DNA of 64,000 nucleotides from Azolla caroliniana (GCA_043228905.1 JBHGNT010000017.1:10292001-10356000); one strand, 5' to 3'; shown: positions 38,801 through 52,600, numbered from the stretch's first letter. The notes: a model not told the origin generated them from the sequence alone. A program made the numbers and translations.

Positions 38801-41240
38801 GTTAGCACTCGAGGATCCGGCCGAAGACGGTGAAGAAACAGAACCGGCCGAGGAAGATGAAACTGATACCGGAATCGGCCCCGATCCCGAAATGGATTTG
38901 GATGAAGAGGAAACGGAGCAGCCGGTTACCGAAGCTCCGGAACGGAGATACCCTCTAAGAGAGAGAAGGGCCCCCCGGAGATTTCCGGAACCAGAGCACG
39001 TGCTGCTAACCGACGAGGGGGAGCCGGAGAGTTTTGAAGAAGCAAAGCTTGACACCCATAGTCGCAGGTGGGTAAGTGCCATGCAGGAGGAGATGGATTC
39101 CCTGCATGAGAACCACACATATGAACTTGTGGAGTTGCCGAAAGGAAAGCGGGCACTTCGAAACAAGTGGGTGTTCAAGCTGAAACCGGGAGATGCCGGA
39201 AACCCCCCGAGATACAAAGCCAGGATCGTGGTAAAGGGGTTCCAGCAGAAGAAGGGCGTCGACTTCGACGAGATATTTGCCCCGGTAGTGAAGATGACCT
39301 CCATCCGGACGGTGCTGAGCATAGCGGCAAGCATGGACCTCGAGGTAGAACAGATGGACGTGAAGACGGCATTCCTTCACGGTGACCTCGAAGAAGAGAT
39401 CTACATGCAGCAACCGGAAGGATTCGAGAAGAAAGGGAAGGAGCACCTGGTATGCCGGTTGAAGAAGAGCCTTTACGGACTGAAGCAGGCTCCCCGGCAA
39501 TGGTACCGGAAGTTCGACTCCTTCATGACCGACGAAGGGTACCTCAAAACGCAGTCCGATCACTGCGTGTTTGTGAAGAAGTTCGAAGGAGGAGACTCTC
39601 TAATACTCCTCCTGTACGTGGACGACATGTTGATCGTCGGACGGGACCAGGGCAAGATACGGATGCTGAAGAAAGCACTTCACCGAACCTTCTCAATGAA
39701 GGACCTGGGTCCGGCGAGGCAAATACTAGGGATGCATATCATCCGGGACCGGAAGAAGAAGCAGTTGTGGCTGTCACAGGAGAAGTACGTAACAAAGGTG
39801 CTTCACCGGTTCAACATGTCGGAAGCAAGACCGGTTGGATCAACCCTCCCGGCAAACTGCAAGTTGTCCAGCAAGCAAAGCCCCAAGACAAAGGCTGAGA
39901 AAGAGGACATGATGAAAATACCATATGCCTCTGCCGTCGGAAGCTTGATGTACGCAATGGTGTGTACAAGACCGGACATAGGATACGCAGTCGGAGTGGT
40001 GAGCCGGTACATGAGCAATCCCGGCAAGGAGCACTGGAACGCGGTCAAGTGGATACTCCGATACCTGAAGGGCACGGCAAACGTGTGCCTCCGATTCGGC
40101 TCCGGTAAGCCCGAACTCGACGGCTTTACCGATTCGGATATGTCGGCTGATGCAGATACCAGCCGGTCCACATCAGGGTATGTGATGACGAATGCAGTGG
40201 GGGCTGTTTCGTGGCAGTCGAGGCTGCAGAAGACGGTTGCGTTGTCAACCACGGAGGCGGAGTACATGGCGGCTGTTGAAGCCGGCAAGGAAATGATATG
40301 GATGAAGGACTTCATTAGAGAGCTCGGTATCCGGCAGGAGGAGTACCGACTCTACTGCGACAGTCAGAGTGCCATCCACCTTGCGAAGAATGCGGCCTAT
40401 CACTCCCGGACGAAGCACATCCAGCGTAGATACCACTGGATCCGGGAAAGGATAGAAGACAAGGAGTTCGTGCTGACGAAGATCCACACAGACGAGAACG
40501 GGTCGGATATGCTGACCAAGGTTCTCACACCCGACAAGCTGGAAGCATGCCGGAAGAGGATCGGATTGGAGAGACATCCCATGCCGAAGTGAAGGGGGAG
40601 TTTGTTGGGATTTCGGTCCCTCCGGATGGGATGTCCGGAGATGAATGACGGCAAGCCCGGTTGCGGTTACGGAGCCGGATGATGAATACCCCGGCTACGG
40701 AGCCGGATGATGAATACCCCGGTTACGGAGCCGGATGATGAAGACCCCGGTTACGGAGCCGGATGATGAAGACCCCGGTTACGGAGCCGGATGATGAATG
40801 TACCCGGAGAGAGATCCGGATGCGGGGACATATTTGTGAATATGTTTGCCAAGAGCCCTTGAGGCTATATTTGTAAATAGCCCGAAAGTCATATGTGTAT
40901 AAATATGACTTAGGGCAAATAGTTTATGTTGTTGCTCATTTTATGCGAAAAGAGAGCAGCCGAGAGAGAGAGACGAAGAGGTCGTTGCCTCTGTGTATTA
41001 CCGCCGCCTGTGGCGAAGACAGTGAGCTCAAGGTTGTTGCCTTGTAGCCTCATTAGTGTACATCCCTGTTCATAGTGATAGTTGGAGTTTGAGGACTCCC
41101 GTGGTTTTTTCCCATTTAGGGTTTGCCACGTAAAACATCCAGTGTACCTTTCTCTCTCTATTGTCCCTGTGCACTGTGTATTTCCCGTTTTCTGTGAGTT
41201 GATCCTATTCCTCGGTTGTGGCCGAGCACTGCGTTCAACA
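35878..41240 (+). mobile_element. Young full-length copia element G
   Basis: TSD TCAAG (35873-35877 and 41241-41245); LTRs 35878-36487 and 40603-41240 differ by one 28-bp unit and about 2-3 substitutions; PBS 36491-36502; PPT present. Confidence 0.98.
36519..40592 (+). CDS. copia G Gag-Pol polyprotein, single frame with one internal TAG at 38253-38255
   Basis: ORFs 36465-38255 and 38301-40592 are in the same frame; CCHC knuckle, DSGAS, HHCC/DDE, YVDD and RH motifs intact. Confidence 0.93.
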
Positions 41241-41938
41241 TCAAGAAAACTAGAAAAACCCCATGAAGAGGTACGGGTACAATGTATATATGACGCATCA
41301 TCATGCGTACATGGGGAAGGTGGTAGCCGTGTGTGAGCCAGGGAGCTACGCTGAAGCGGCTAAGGACCCGAATTGGTGGGAGGTCATAGAGGAAGAGATG
41401 CACACACTCACGGAAAATGAGACATGGAATTTAGTTGATGTACCGAAAGGGGTGAAGCCGATGGGTTGCCGATGGGTATACAAAGCGAAATACAACACCG
41501 ATGACTTAGTCAAGAGGTACAAGGCCCGATTAGTGGCCAAGGGCTACACGGAACAACATGACATCGATTACGATGAGATGTTCGCGTCGGTCGCGAAGAT
41601 GATGATCATCTGTGTCTTGCTTGCGGTGGTAACAACGAAGGGGTGGTATCTACATAAAATGGATGTGAAAAACGCGTTCCTGCAAGGTGATCTTGAGGAA
41701 CATGTGTTTATGGTTAAGCCCCTTGGATTTCAGTCTGGAGTGAACACATCGGTTGTATGTTGATTGAAGAAGTCCCTCTACGGACTCAAGCAAGCCACGT
41801 GTGCCTGGAACGCGAAGATCACGCAAAGACTGCGTCGGATGGGGTTTTCAATTGGACCGTGAAGTCGAAACAAGGAGTGTGGACGGACGGTAGGCCATCG
41901 GTGGGTGCAATATGTAAGATGTAGAGTTATAGAGAAAA

Positions 41939-42059
41939 GGTTTAGGGTTTAGGAATTAGGGTTTCAGTCTACGTTTTGGTTTTGGTTTAAGGGTAGGGTT
42001 TAAGAATTAGGGTTTAGTGTTTGTTTCGGGCTTAGGGTTTAGAGGATAAAAGGGTTTAG
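41939..42059 (+). repeat. Degenerate plant telomeric (TTTAGGG) units
   Basis: GGTTTAGGGTTTAGG, TTAGGGTTT several times, AGGGTTTAG. Confidence 0.75.
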
Positions 42060-42322
42060 TGCAAGAGGGGAAAAAGTGAAAAGTAACACCAAGAATAATT
42101 TGAGCACACCCAAATTATTTGACAAACTTGGTGTAAGTGAGGCATAATAAGAGATAGAGGAAAGGGAGAGAGAGAGAGAGACGAGGGATTAATCACTAAC
42201 ATTAAAAATAGAAACAAGTTAAAACATAACCATAAGCTAAATAGTCTAGATTAGAGAGAGGGAGAGATTAAGAAGGAGACTAATTTTCATTAAGAAAAAG
42301 GAAAAATTACAATACGATGGGT

Positions 42323-42382
42323 AATGGTCATGAGCAAACTAGTTTCGCCCCCTGCGGGCTCATCAGTGCTACTATGACCATT
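42323..42382 (-). ncRNA. Type I hammerhead ribozyme
   Basis: Minus strand reads AAUGGUCAU-AGU-AGCA-CUGAUGA-GCCC-GCAGG-GGGC-GAA-ACUAGU-U^UGCU-C-AUGACCAUU: full core, stem II, palindromic minimal stem III and a long bulged stem I. Confidence 0.88.
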
Positions 42383-42676
42383 CGGGGTGGATAGGTTTAT
42401 ATAAGGAGTTTTCGGAGTGGCTTTAGAGAAATGACAATAGGGAGTGGGGTTGTGCTTATGGATGTGATTGAAAGGGGGGGAAAGATTTGGAGAAGAAGGA
42501 AGAGGATTTTATGGGCTTTAATGTGATAAGGGGAAGGCTTTGGTATGAGGTTATATTGTAAAAGGAGGGATAAGAAGAAAAGGGAGAGTTTAGGATATAA
42601 AATGTAAAAAGTGAGGAAATAAAGGGGCATTAAGAGAGAGGGGGAAACAAGGCTTACGTGAGATGATGAGAAGGGA

Positions 42677-42723
<47 letters not shown>

Positions 42724-45700
42724 AATGAGTAGACATAAGGGGAGTGAGTAGATCTAGGAGGAGAGAGAGTGGGAAAACGTGAAAAAATTAAGAGAGAGCA
42801 AAAGGGGAGAGAGAGGAGAGAGATCTGTGTGTAAACTAGAAAAAGTAAGAGAGAGAAAGGAAAGAGGAGAGAGGTAAGGGAGAGAGACATGTGTGGGAAA
42901 AATAAAGGGGAAGGCTATAGATTTAGGAAGAGGATGGGAGGGGTAGGGTAAGAAAAAGTAGAACATGGGTGAAGGTAGAAATATAAAAATAGAAAGGTGG
43001 AGAAAGAGTAAAAAGAAAACGAAGGGACTTACAAAGAGGAGGCAAAGGGTTTAGAAAAAAGGAAGTAGGAGGGGTAAGGTAAGCAAAAAAAGGCAAGAGA
43101 TCAATGAGTGTAGAAGACTAAAAAAGGAATATTGCTCCGTCGAAATGAGTCTCTTCACTATTCATCCTACAAGGTCGGAACGGGCCGGTGAGCATATTGC
43201 TCTATGTGGATGAGCTCGTCATCGCCGGTGCCAACCTGGATGAAATCGGCCGCGTCAAATCCCAGCTCGTGGCATCATTCGAAATGAAGGATCTTGGTGA
43301 TCTTCATTACTTCCTCAGGATCGAAGTGATCCGCAACCCCAAAGGCATACTGATCAGCCAACGACATTATGCGATGAGTATGCTCTTCAAATTCAGTATG
43401 ACAGAATGCAAATCCATCTGGACTCCTCTGGATTGTGAAGCTTCGACCCGACTCCGGAACGGCATGGAGCCGAAAAGCTTCCAACAGATAGTTGGAAGCC
43501 TAATATATCTGACCATCACTTGACCGGATCTCAGCTATCCGATCGGATTGATTAGTCAATTCATGGCGTATCCGACTGCGGAGCATCTTCAATGCGCGCA
43601 CCGAATACTTAGGTATGTTAGCGGCACTAAGGATAGGGGGTTGTTGTATCGGATCGGTGTAACCAAACAACTTGTCGGCTACACGGATCCCGATTGGGTT
43701 AGAAACGCCGATGATCGTAGGTCTACATCAGGATATGCGTTCTCACTTGGAAGCGCTGTGGTCTCTTATAGCAGTAAGAAGTAGTTGAAAATAGCATTGT
43801 CGAGCACCGAGGCCGAGTACCGAGGAGCGCCTATCATAACATGTGAAGTCATATGGCTCAAGAGGCTCCTAAAGGATCTGCATGTGGAGGTATCCGATTC
43901 GACGACGATCTACTACGACAACCTTAACAACATCCAGTTGGCTAAGAACCCCTTCTTTCATGCCCAGAAAAAGCACATCGAGGTGCACTACCATTTTTTC
44001 TGTGAGTGAGTTCTCTTCGGTGAAGTGGAAATCCTTCATGTTTCTACAGATCGACAGGTTACCGATATCTTCCCCAAACCCCTAGGCTTAGACAAGTTGC
44101 GGCAATTCTCTAGATCTCTGGGTGTGTAGTACCTCAATATGCCAAACTTGAGGGGGAGAAACGAGAGGATTGAGAGAGATGGACGAACCAAAAAACGGAA
44201 TCACGCCGAGGAAGACGACCAGGAAGCCAAGTCGAATAATGATTTCGATTTCGGCCCGACTGAAGAAGTCGGAGAGTCGGAGTGCACGGGTCGACTGAAG
44301 AAGCCAAGACCGGATGTAGGGGGAGCCAACGGAAAACCCAAGACGGAGCCAACTGAAAAAGGCAAAGCCGAAAAGACCGAGACACGGACATGAGCCAATG
44401 TCGTGAAAGGTCTGAAGATCGGAGGTAAGTTGGAAATTACGAACTTTGACAACAAAGAGGATGAATTGGAGACAACCGATTCGGTTGAGAGGCGAAGTGG
44501 ATTCAATCGAAATGATCGATTAGGAGGAGCCGAATCTACGATGGGCCAAGTGGACAAAAAGGCAGTTGAAGCTGACACCGAGATGGAGGAGTGTTAGGAA
44601 TTTAGTCCCTCCGGATGGGATTCGAATGAGATCCAAAAACCGGATTGGATGGATCTGGTATGAACCGGATCCAGGACATATTTGTAAATATGTTTATGAT
44701 GTGCTTGTCATGGCCATATTTGTAAATAGCCCTAAAGTCATATAAGTATAAATATGACTTAGGGCAATCACTTTGGTTGTTATTGACATGCTATCGCGTG
44801 TGGGACTTGGTCGACAAGAAGGTCTTCCGAAGTCGAGACATAGTCTTTATGGAAGACAAGAACATTGTCGATTGGGAGTCTGAGAAGGCGACGATGGACT
44901 CCGGGCCAACCGATAGAGATTGGTTGAAGGATACAAGGTCCCATCCACTTAGAAGCTGGATGACACTCAAAGAACCGGTTGGGTTCAGACAAGAAACTGA
45001 ACTGACAGAAGAATAAGATTTGGACTTCAGAATCGGACAAGACCCTGGATTGGATTTGGATGAAAAGTAGACAGAGGAACCGGTGGATGTGAACCAAGGA
45101 AGAAGATACCCTCTAAGAGAGAGAAGCCCCCCCCAGAGATTTCCGGATGCAGAGCATGTGCTGCTGACCGACGAGGGGGAGCCGGAAAGCTTCGAAGAAG
45201 CAAAGAAAGACACCCACAATCGCAACTGGTTAAGTGCCAATGCAGGATGAGATGGATTCCCTGCATGAAACCCACACATATGAATTGATGGAGCTGCCAA
45301 AAGGAAAGAGAGCACTTCGGAACAAGTGGGTGTACAAGCTGGAACCGGGAGATGCAGGAAATCCACCAAGGTACAAAGCCCGCATTCTGGTGAAGGGCTT
45401 CCAACAGAAGAAAGGAGTGGATTTTGATGAAATATTTGCCCCAGTAGTAAAGCTGACATCCATCCGGGCCGTGTTGAGCATAGAGGCAAGCATGGACCTT
45501 GAGGTAGAGCAACTAGACGTCAAGACGGCGTTCCTACATGGCAACCTCGAAGAAGAGATCTACATGTAACAACCGGAAAGGTTCATCAAGAAAGGGAAGG
45601 AGCACCTGGTATGCCGATTGAAGAAGAGCTTATACAGACTGAAGCAAGCTCCTTGACAATGGTATTGGAAGTTTGACTCCTTCAGGACCAACCAAGGATA

Positions 45701-47081
45701 CCACAAGACGCAGGCCGACAACTGCGTATTTGTGAAGAAGTTCGATGGAGGAGACTTCTTGATACTACTGTTGTATGTGGATGACATGTTGATCGTCAAA
45801 CGGGACCGTATCAAAATCGGAATGCTGAAGAAGTATTTGAGCCAATCATTCGCAATGAAAGATATGGGTCCAGCGAGACAGATCCTAGGGATGCACATAA
45901 TCCGGAACCGGTCGAAGAAGTAGTTGTGGCTGTCACAGGTAAAGTATGTGACAAAGGTGCTTAAACGGTTCAACATGTTGGATGTTAAGCTAGTCAAGTC
46001 GACACTTCCGGGAAACTGCAAGTTGTTTGGGAAGTAGAGCCCGAAGACAGAGGTAGAGAAGTTAGAGATGATGAAGATACCATACGTCTCTATTGTCGGA
46101 AGCTTGATGTACGCAATGGTGTGTACCCGGCTGGATATCGAATATGCAGTCGGAGTGGTTAGCCGGTTCATGAGCAATCCGAGATGAGAACACTGGACCA
46201 CGGTCAAGTGGATACTCCGATTCTTGAAAGGAACCTCGAGTATTTGTCTCCGACTTGGCTCAGGGAAACCCCAACTTGAAGGATTCACGGATTCGGATAT
46301 GTCGGCTGATGCGGATACTAGTCGGTCTACATTTGGATATGTCATGACTTATGCAAGGGGAGCCGTTGTCGTAGTGTGAATCACACACTACGTGAAATAT
46401 GTAAAATACTATATTTGATTTAAAGTACATATAATAAATAAAATAAAATATTAAAAATATTTATTACGTGCATAAGGCAAAATTCAAATCCTATACCTCT
46501 ACATAGACAAACCCCAACCTTACCATTGAACTAACTTATCCTTATTGTTTTAAATATAGATTTAATACCTATAAGACCTTTATTTACGCCTACCTTTATT
46601 AAAAAGGTAAGTCATGCATTTTTAGAGTACGTGAATGTAAACCAATAAAATATTACTCATGCACATCTAGCGTGCATGAGCACTATATTTAGCAAATAAA
46701 AGCAAGGTTAAAAAAAAAAGCATCACATGCACATTTAGTGTGCATGAACACTTTTAGGGAAAGCAGGAAGCCATGCTTAGCCTCTCCCATCCTTATATAA
46801 GGAGGAGAGAAATATGTATAAGGTTGTTGATTATTTACAAGGGTTGATTAATATAATATATTCGTGGGATTCACAAATTTGCTAACTATTTTTCTCTCTT
46901 AATCTGAGTACTCACTAATACACTATACTCGTGGGATTCACGAGTTTTTTTCATATCTTTCTTTCTTACAATATATTTCATATTCTTAATTGCCTTAGAA
47001 TTTTCTTTTCTCCTAGTCCAAAACCTTAGTGGTTCCCACCCGACTCACGCAACGATCCAGAGCCGAAAGGCACGACACATT

Positions 47082-47099
47082 TGGTGAACCCGACGTGAA
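47082..47099 (+). promoter_or_regulatory. Primer-binding site complementary to plant tRNA-Trp
   Basis: TGGTGAACCCGACGTGAA is the reverse complement of the 3' end ...TTCACGTCGGGTTCACCA. Confidence 0.85.
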
Positions 47100-47116
47100 C
47101 ACGGGTGGCAAGGAGA

Positions 47117-49158
47117 TGGAAAATAAACCGGAGGCTAATAACATGATGATGATGTTCGAGCGGATGCTTCAAGAACAACGTGCGATGTCGGAGATAGCGG
47201 CGACAGTAGAGCGGCTCATGCAACGGATCGAGCAATTCAACGGAAAGGACGTATCACGCTATCTTTGGGACTACAAGGGGGAAATGCTATGGTGCGGGAT
47301 TTCGGAAGGACTGCAAGTGACATCCTTCAACCGGGTGGCTACCGACGGGCTTCAACAAAGTATCCACGGGCTACGACAACAAAATTTGACGTGGGAAGCG
47401 TTTGAAGAGGCGCTAAAGACCACGTTCGCTATCGAGGACTCCTCCAAGGCAACGCGGAGAGGATTCGTGGATTGGGTGGAAATGCCGGACAAGGGGATGA
47501 AGGTCCTCGATGTATTTTCGGCATTCGAAAGTCAGTTCGAGAGGTTGTATGCGAGAGATCAAGCTATCCTCGCACCGGACAAAGTTATCATGTTCTTACG
47601 AGCCGTAGATGTCCGGGACCAAAAGGATCTTGGAGTGCTTCTAGAGGACACGACTACCGAGAGTGACCTCACCGAAACATGGGAAAGCGTGCGGGATATT
47701 GTCGCGTGATACACAAAGAGGGGGAAATGGCTTGCCAACGAAGAAAAGAGGGTTTCAGAACCAATTCCGAAACCGAGATCCGGATCAAAAGACCATCAAC
47801 CGCGGGCTCGGGAAGCTACGACCGAGAAGGGAATCGACGCAACTACGGTGGAGCATTTGTTGAAGGAGATGGAGAATCTAAAAATCGCGATGGTGAAGAA
47901 GTCGGATGACCGTCCCACAAGTTCCAAGTATATGGACCGTCGGTGCATATGGTGCGATAGCACCGAACATGATCGGAGGGATTGCGACAAGCACAAGGAA
48001 GCGCTACGATGGGATCTTATCTACTACGAGGGAAATCGGATTCATACGATGGACTCTCGGAAGCCACTCCGATCGAACTTCCGAAAAGGCGAAATGAAGA
48101 AGGTCCTAGAGGAGGAAATAGCGGCGAAGAGCAATTACACGACAACCGCGGGAATACGTGTCGGGGAGTCATCGGGAGTAAAGGTGTCTTTTTGGCCGGA
48201 AGTGGTAGAAAACACCGAGAAAATCGACTCCAACGAGATCCGAAGCACTGCAGAAGGCATCCGGGAAGCTATGGGATGGGAGTGCCCTGTCGATAAGAAT
48301 AGCGTATACGCCCTATGTCAATTACATGAGGTGTATGTGGACAAGAAGCGACGATGCATGGAGGATGCGGCCAGACCATCGAAGACACCGGAGAGCTGGA
48401 ACTCCGACAGAAGAGGGAAAGGAAAAACGATTCCGACATTCAAACTCGCTTCGGACATCGAGCAACGGACGGACATAAAGAAAGTGTTTGAGGAGAGAAT
48501 GCTCGACAGCCGGGTAGATTTTTCGCTTTGGGAACTACTCGGAATAGCAAAAAAGGAGTTCCATGATCTTCTTGTGGAACTCGTGAAAAGAAAAAGACAA
48601 ACTACGGAGGAAAATGCGCCGATGGTGAATGCAAATACCGTTTTGATGAACGACACCGAAGTGGAGCACGAGCTTCCGAATTCCCACTATACAAAGCCAC
48701 ACTGGACGCATGCAACTACCGAGACTCCGGTCCGAATCGACAACATCAAAGAGCCTGTGCTATCATTGATTGATCACGGATCGGAGATCAATTTGATGTC
48801 TAAGGAGTTCTACCGGAAGGGGAAGTGGCCTATTAACACCAATCATGGATGGAAGATCCAGGCGGCCACTAAAGCAACAGAAGATCTATTTACGGCTTGT
48901 CCGGATGTGACAGTGAAGATCGGGGATGTCGAGATCGACCAAAATTTCTTCGTACAAGAAGAGGTCTCACACTCCGTGATCCTCGGGCAACCCTTTATCA
49001 CGGTTTCACGGATGGAGACGAAGGTGCTCAATAGCGGTGCGGCTTTTGCACGAATTCTGAGCCAAAACGGAGGGAAATCCGTCCAATTCCTAACGGTGCC
49101 GACAAATCATGAAAGGAACAAGAGAGAGCTCTTGTCCCAAACAAGAATGGATTTTTAG
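47117..49158 (+). pseudogene. Gypsy F gag-protease ORF with a stop at 47707
   Basis: Motifs FNGKDVSRYL, CIWCDSTEHDRRDC, LIDHGSEINLM, ILGQPF; ends MDF*. Confidence 0.85.
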
Positions 49159-52100
49159 AGCGAACTGTTGCGGAGTGGGGAAGTGATAGTCTGAGAAGCC
49201 CTGATACCCCACATAGGAAGAAAACTCTCGGAGCAAAACAAGTACGAATCGGTCCGGATGGGGCATCCACGTACACGACCGTAACCGGAGGAATGAAGAA
49301 AGAATACCGAAAAGTGGAGGATAAGTTACGGTCGGCATCAATAATAAAAGAAGACGAAGAAATCGTGGGAATAATCGAAGAAGTGTTCTATGGGAGCACG
49401 CTACAACAGCTTGAAGAGCTCACGGAAGATACAAGCCAGGGAAACCGGGTAATTCTGGTTGAATTGGTCGAGATGTACGAGATCATTGCGAAAATGGGGC
49501 TGGATGCGCTCCGCAAAGAAGAAGCAATGGTAAGTACGAAATACAAGACTGTGGAGAAGAAGGTGAAACTGGTCGTGGGACCACTACCCGCCGATAGTGA
49601 ACAAAAGAGGAAAGAAGTCTCAGGAGATCCGACACTTCAGAAGTCCGTGGATATCGGACATGTCTTCACGGATGAGACCCGGAAGAAACTTCCCGATCGG
49701 TGGAGGTGGTTTCCTCTTACAAAAAGAAGAAGAACGGTTTCGTGAGATGTTAGAGCAACATGGCAAAGCGTTCACATTCACATCAAGGGAGATAGGATGC
49801 ATTGATCCGAAGATAGTGGAGCCGATGGTGATCTTCACGATTGACCATGTGCCGTGGAACCTGCCGATTCCGATGCCACGGGCGCATATTCCGAAAGTCA
49901 TCGACTTGCTCAAGGAGAAGGTGGTGATGGGGATTCTAGAGCCATCAAACTCTCCATACTCAAATCGATGGTTTACGGTTCCGAAGAAGAATGGATAACT
50001 CCGATTTATCCAAGACTTGCAACCGGTGAATAAGGTCACGATCCGGAACTCGGGAGTCGGTTCGATAGTGGACGAATTTGCGGAAGCTTTTGCCGGACGC
50101 ACGATATACTCCATCGGAGACCTATACTCCCGGGTATGACCAATTCCAACTAGCCGTGGAGAGCCGAGACATCACCACCATGCGGACACTGATAGGGTTA
50201 GTCCGAATGTGCACACTACCACAAGGAGCGACAAACTCAATTGCACATATGATGAACGCGATGAACAAGGTGCTTCGAGATTGCATCCTGGAGATAACGA
50301 TGTCGTTCCTAGATGACATTCTGATGAAAGGATGCGTGGTAGAAGAAAAAGATGAAACTATGGATGATCGAGGATGCCGAAAGTTCGTAGTCGACCATAT
50401 TCGCGATTGCAAGAAAGTGCTACGAAAGTGCTTCGAAAGTTAGAAGATGTGCACCTAACACTTTCCGGGGAGAAATCGACATTTGGGAAAGAGGAGATAT
50501 TGGTAGTCAGACATCTATGTGGGCCCTACGGCCGAAGATCGTCACCGACCAAGATTGATGCGATTCAAGCTATGAAAGAAATATGCAAGTCACAATCCAA
50601 AGTCCAAAGGTTTCTCGGAGCATGTGCATTCTACCACATATGGATTCCACACTATGCACATATTGCCGACCCACTCTATCACTTGTTGCGGAAGGGTAAG
50701 AAGTTCGAATGGAAACCGGAGCATACCAAAGCCGTGAAGAAGCTCAAGAAATCACTACGGAGGGCAAAAGCACTAAAGAAGCCGAACTATGACCGACCGA
50801 TCATAGTAATGGTTGACACAAGTCCAACCGGAATCGGATGGGTCATCAATCAAGCTGATCCGGATGGTTCGCGATATCCGATCCGATTCGAAGCAAAGGC
50901 TCTCAACGAAAGGCAATGTGGGTATGCACAAGTCAAAAGAGAATTATGGGGAGTCGTGTCGACAATCAAATCGGATCGAGATCATTTGATCGGAGCCGAA
51001 GTAGTGATCGAAATAGATTGTCTTCCGATACTTGGGATGATGCGGTGTTGCATGATACCAGATGTGGCTATGCTAAGATGGATTGCATATGTTAAGTCGC
51101 TTAGCGGATATGCTATCAAGGGCTCGGTTCGGAGACGACATAGCCGATAATCACGAAGTTTCTGAAGACTACTTTGCTTCGGAGCACATATGCCGAGTAA
51201 ACGTAATCCGAGAATTTCGAGAAGAAGAATACGAGGGAGAAAGCTTGACGATCAGGAAGATGCTACAAGAGATCGAGGTGTCAATGAACAATAAAGAAAA
51301 GAGAGCCGAGATCCGAAGTAAGAAGTGACAAGTCCGAAAGTTCTTCTTGAAAAATGGATTAATATGGAAGGAGCCGAAAAGACCGGATGGCATACCACTT
51401 CGGGTAGTCGGGACGAAAGGGCAACGAAACTGGATAATATCCGACTTTCATGAATCCGATTGGGCTGGACATCGAGGAACATGGGCAACTTTTGTGAAAA
51501 TCAAACAAAAATATTGGTGGAAGAATATGTACAAAGGTGTAGCGGAGTTCACGGGAAGCTGCGAGAAGTGTCAAGTCTACTCCGGGGTTCGACACCGAGA
51601 TGAATTACATCCGACATTTTCACCAACAATCAACTTCAAGTGGATGGTCGACATTGTAGCCATGCCAACCGGGATCGGACAAAAGAAGTACTTGGTGTTA
51701 GCTCGGGAAGATCTCACAAACCAAGTAGAAGGTTGAGCACTACGAAGGAAAACGTGTTTTGCGGTATGCCAATTTCTTTTGGAGGAGGTGTTTTGCAGGT
51801 ACGGGTTCGTAGGACAAGTGATTGCGGATCAGGGAGAACTTGACTCTGACAAAGCTAGGGGATTCTTCGCCAAACATGGAGTTCGGTTAACACTGACAAC
51901 GGCATACAATCCGGAAGCCAACGGGAAAATCAAACGAGGACATAGTCTGATCGTCAAAGCACTTGCGAAGGCATGTGATGGAAGGGTGAAGGATTGGCCA
52001 CAGATGCTTCCGTATGCACTATGGGCGGATCGGACGATGCATAGCTCCGTAACCGGTTACATGCCGACAGAACTCATGACCGGACAAGCACCGGTAATGC

Positions 52101-52600
52101 CAACGGAAACCATGATCACGACATGGAAAGTGCTACTGTGGAAGGAAGAGATGAGCTAGGAAGAACTACTAGCGGTTCGGATATGACAACTAGAGGGAAG
52201 ATTGGAAGACATAGCGGAAGCAATACGTCGACAACAAGAAGTACGATTCCGGAATAAAAGCCGGTTCGACACAGCACCGACTACGACCAGGGAAGATTGA
52301 AGAAGGAGATTGGGTGATTGTCTAAGACAGTAGTTTGGATCATCAACATACAACGATGCAAAAGTTTGTGAAAAGGTGGTTCGGGCTATACGAGGTTTGG
52401 AAAGTTTTCGACAACGGAACTTACCGACTATGTGAGTTGGATGGAACGATGCTATGAGTGCCTATAGCCGGGAAACGGGTGAAGATTTTCAAGAAGCAGA
52501 CTGATGAAGGACCCTATGTGATCCTAGACAAGACCGACAAGGAGGAGCAATCAGACGAAGATCGCGATGATGCGGTGATGCGGTGATCGCGGTATATCGG
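49149..52600 (+). pseudogene. Gypsy F pol (RT-RH-INT) in the -1 frame, with multiple lesions
   Basis: Motifs SPYSNRWFTVPKKNG, LPQGATNS, FLDD, VDTSP, GHRG...CEKC, AYNPEANG. Confidence 0.85.

Larger units (their letters stand above)
41848..43133 (-). mobile_element. Candidate truncated Penelope-like element, or non-autonomous ribozyme-bearing retroelement
   Basis: Clean insertion between copia codons RMGF|APSK; contains a hammerhead ribozyme and TTTAGGG-like repeats; no LTR or TIR. Confidence 0.65.

Noticed and set aside
38768-40577. Long antisense ORFs in copia pol
   Set aside because: Shadow frames from GC-rich codon usage, seen in every copy and without domains
44581-44592. LTR at 44592 as the 3' LTR of B2
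   Set aside because: It is a different LTR family; the B2 tail resumes after 54280 with a near-TSD, and its own LTR starts at 54523
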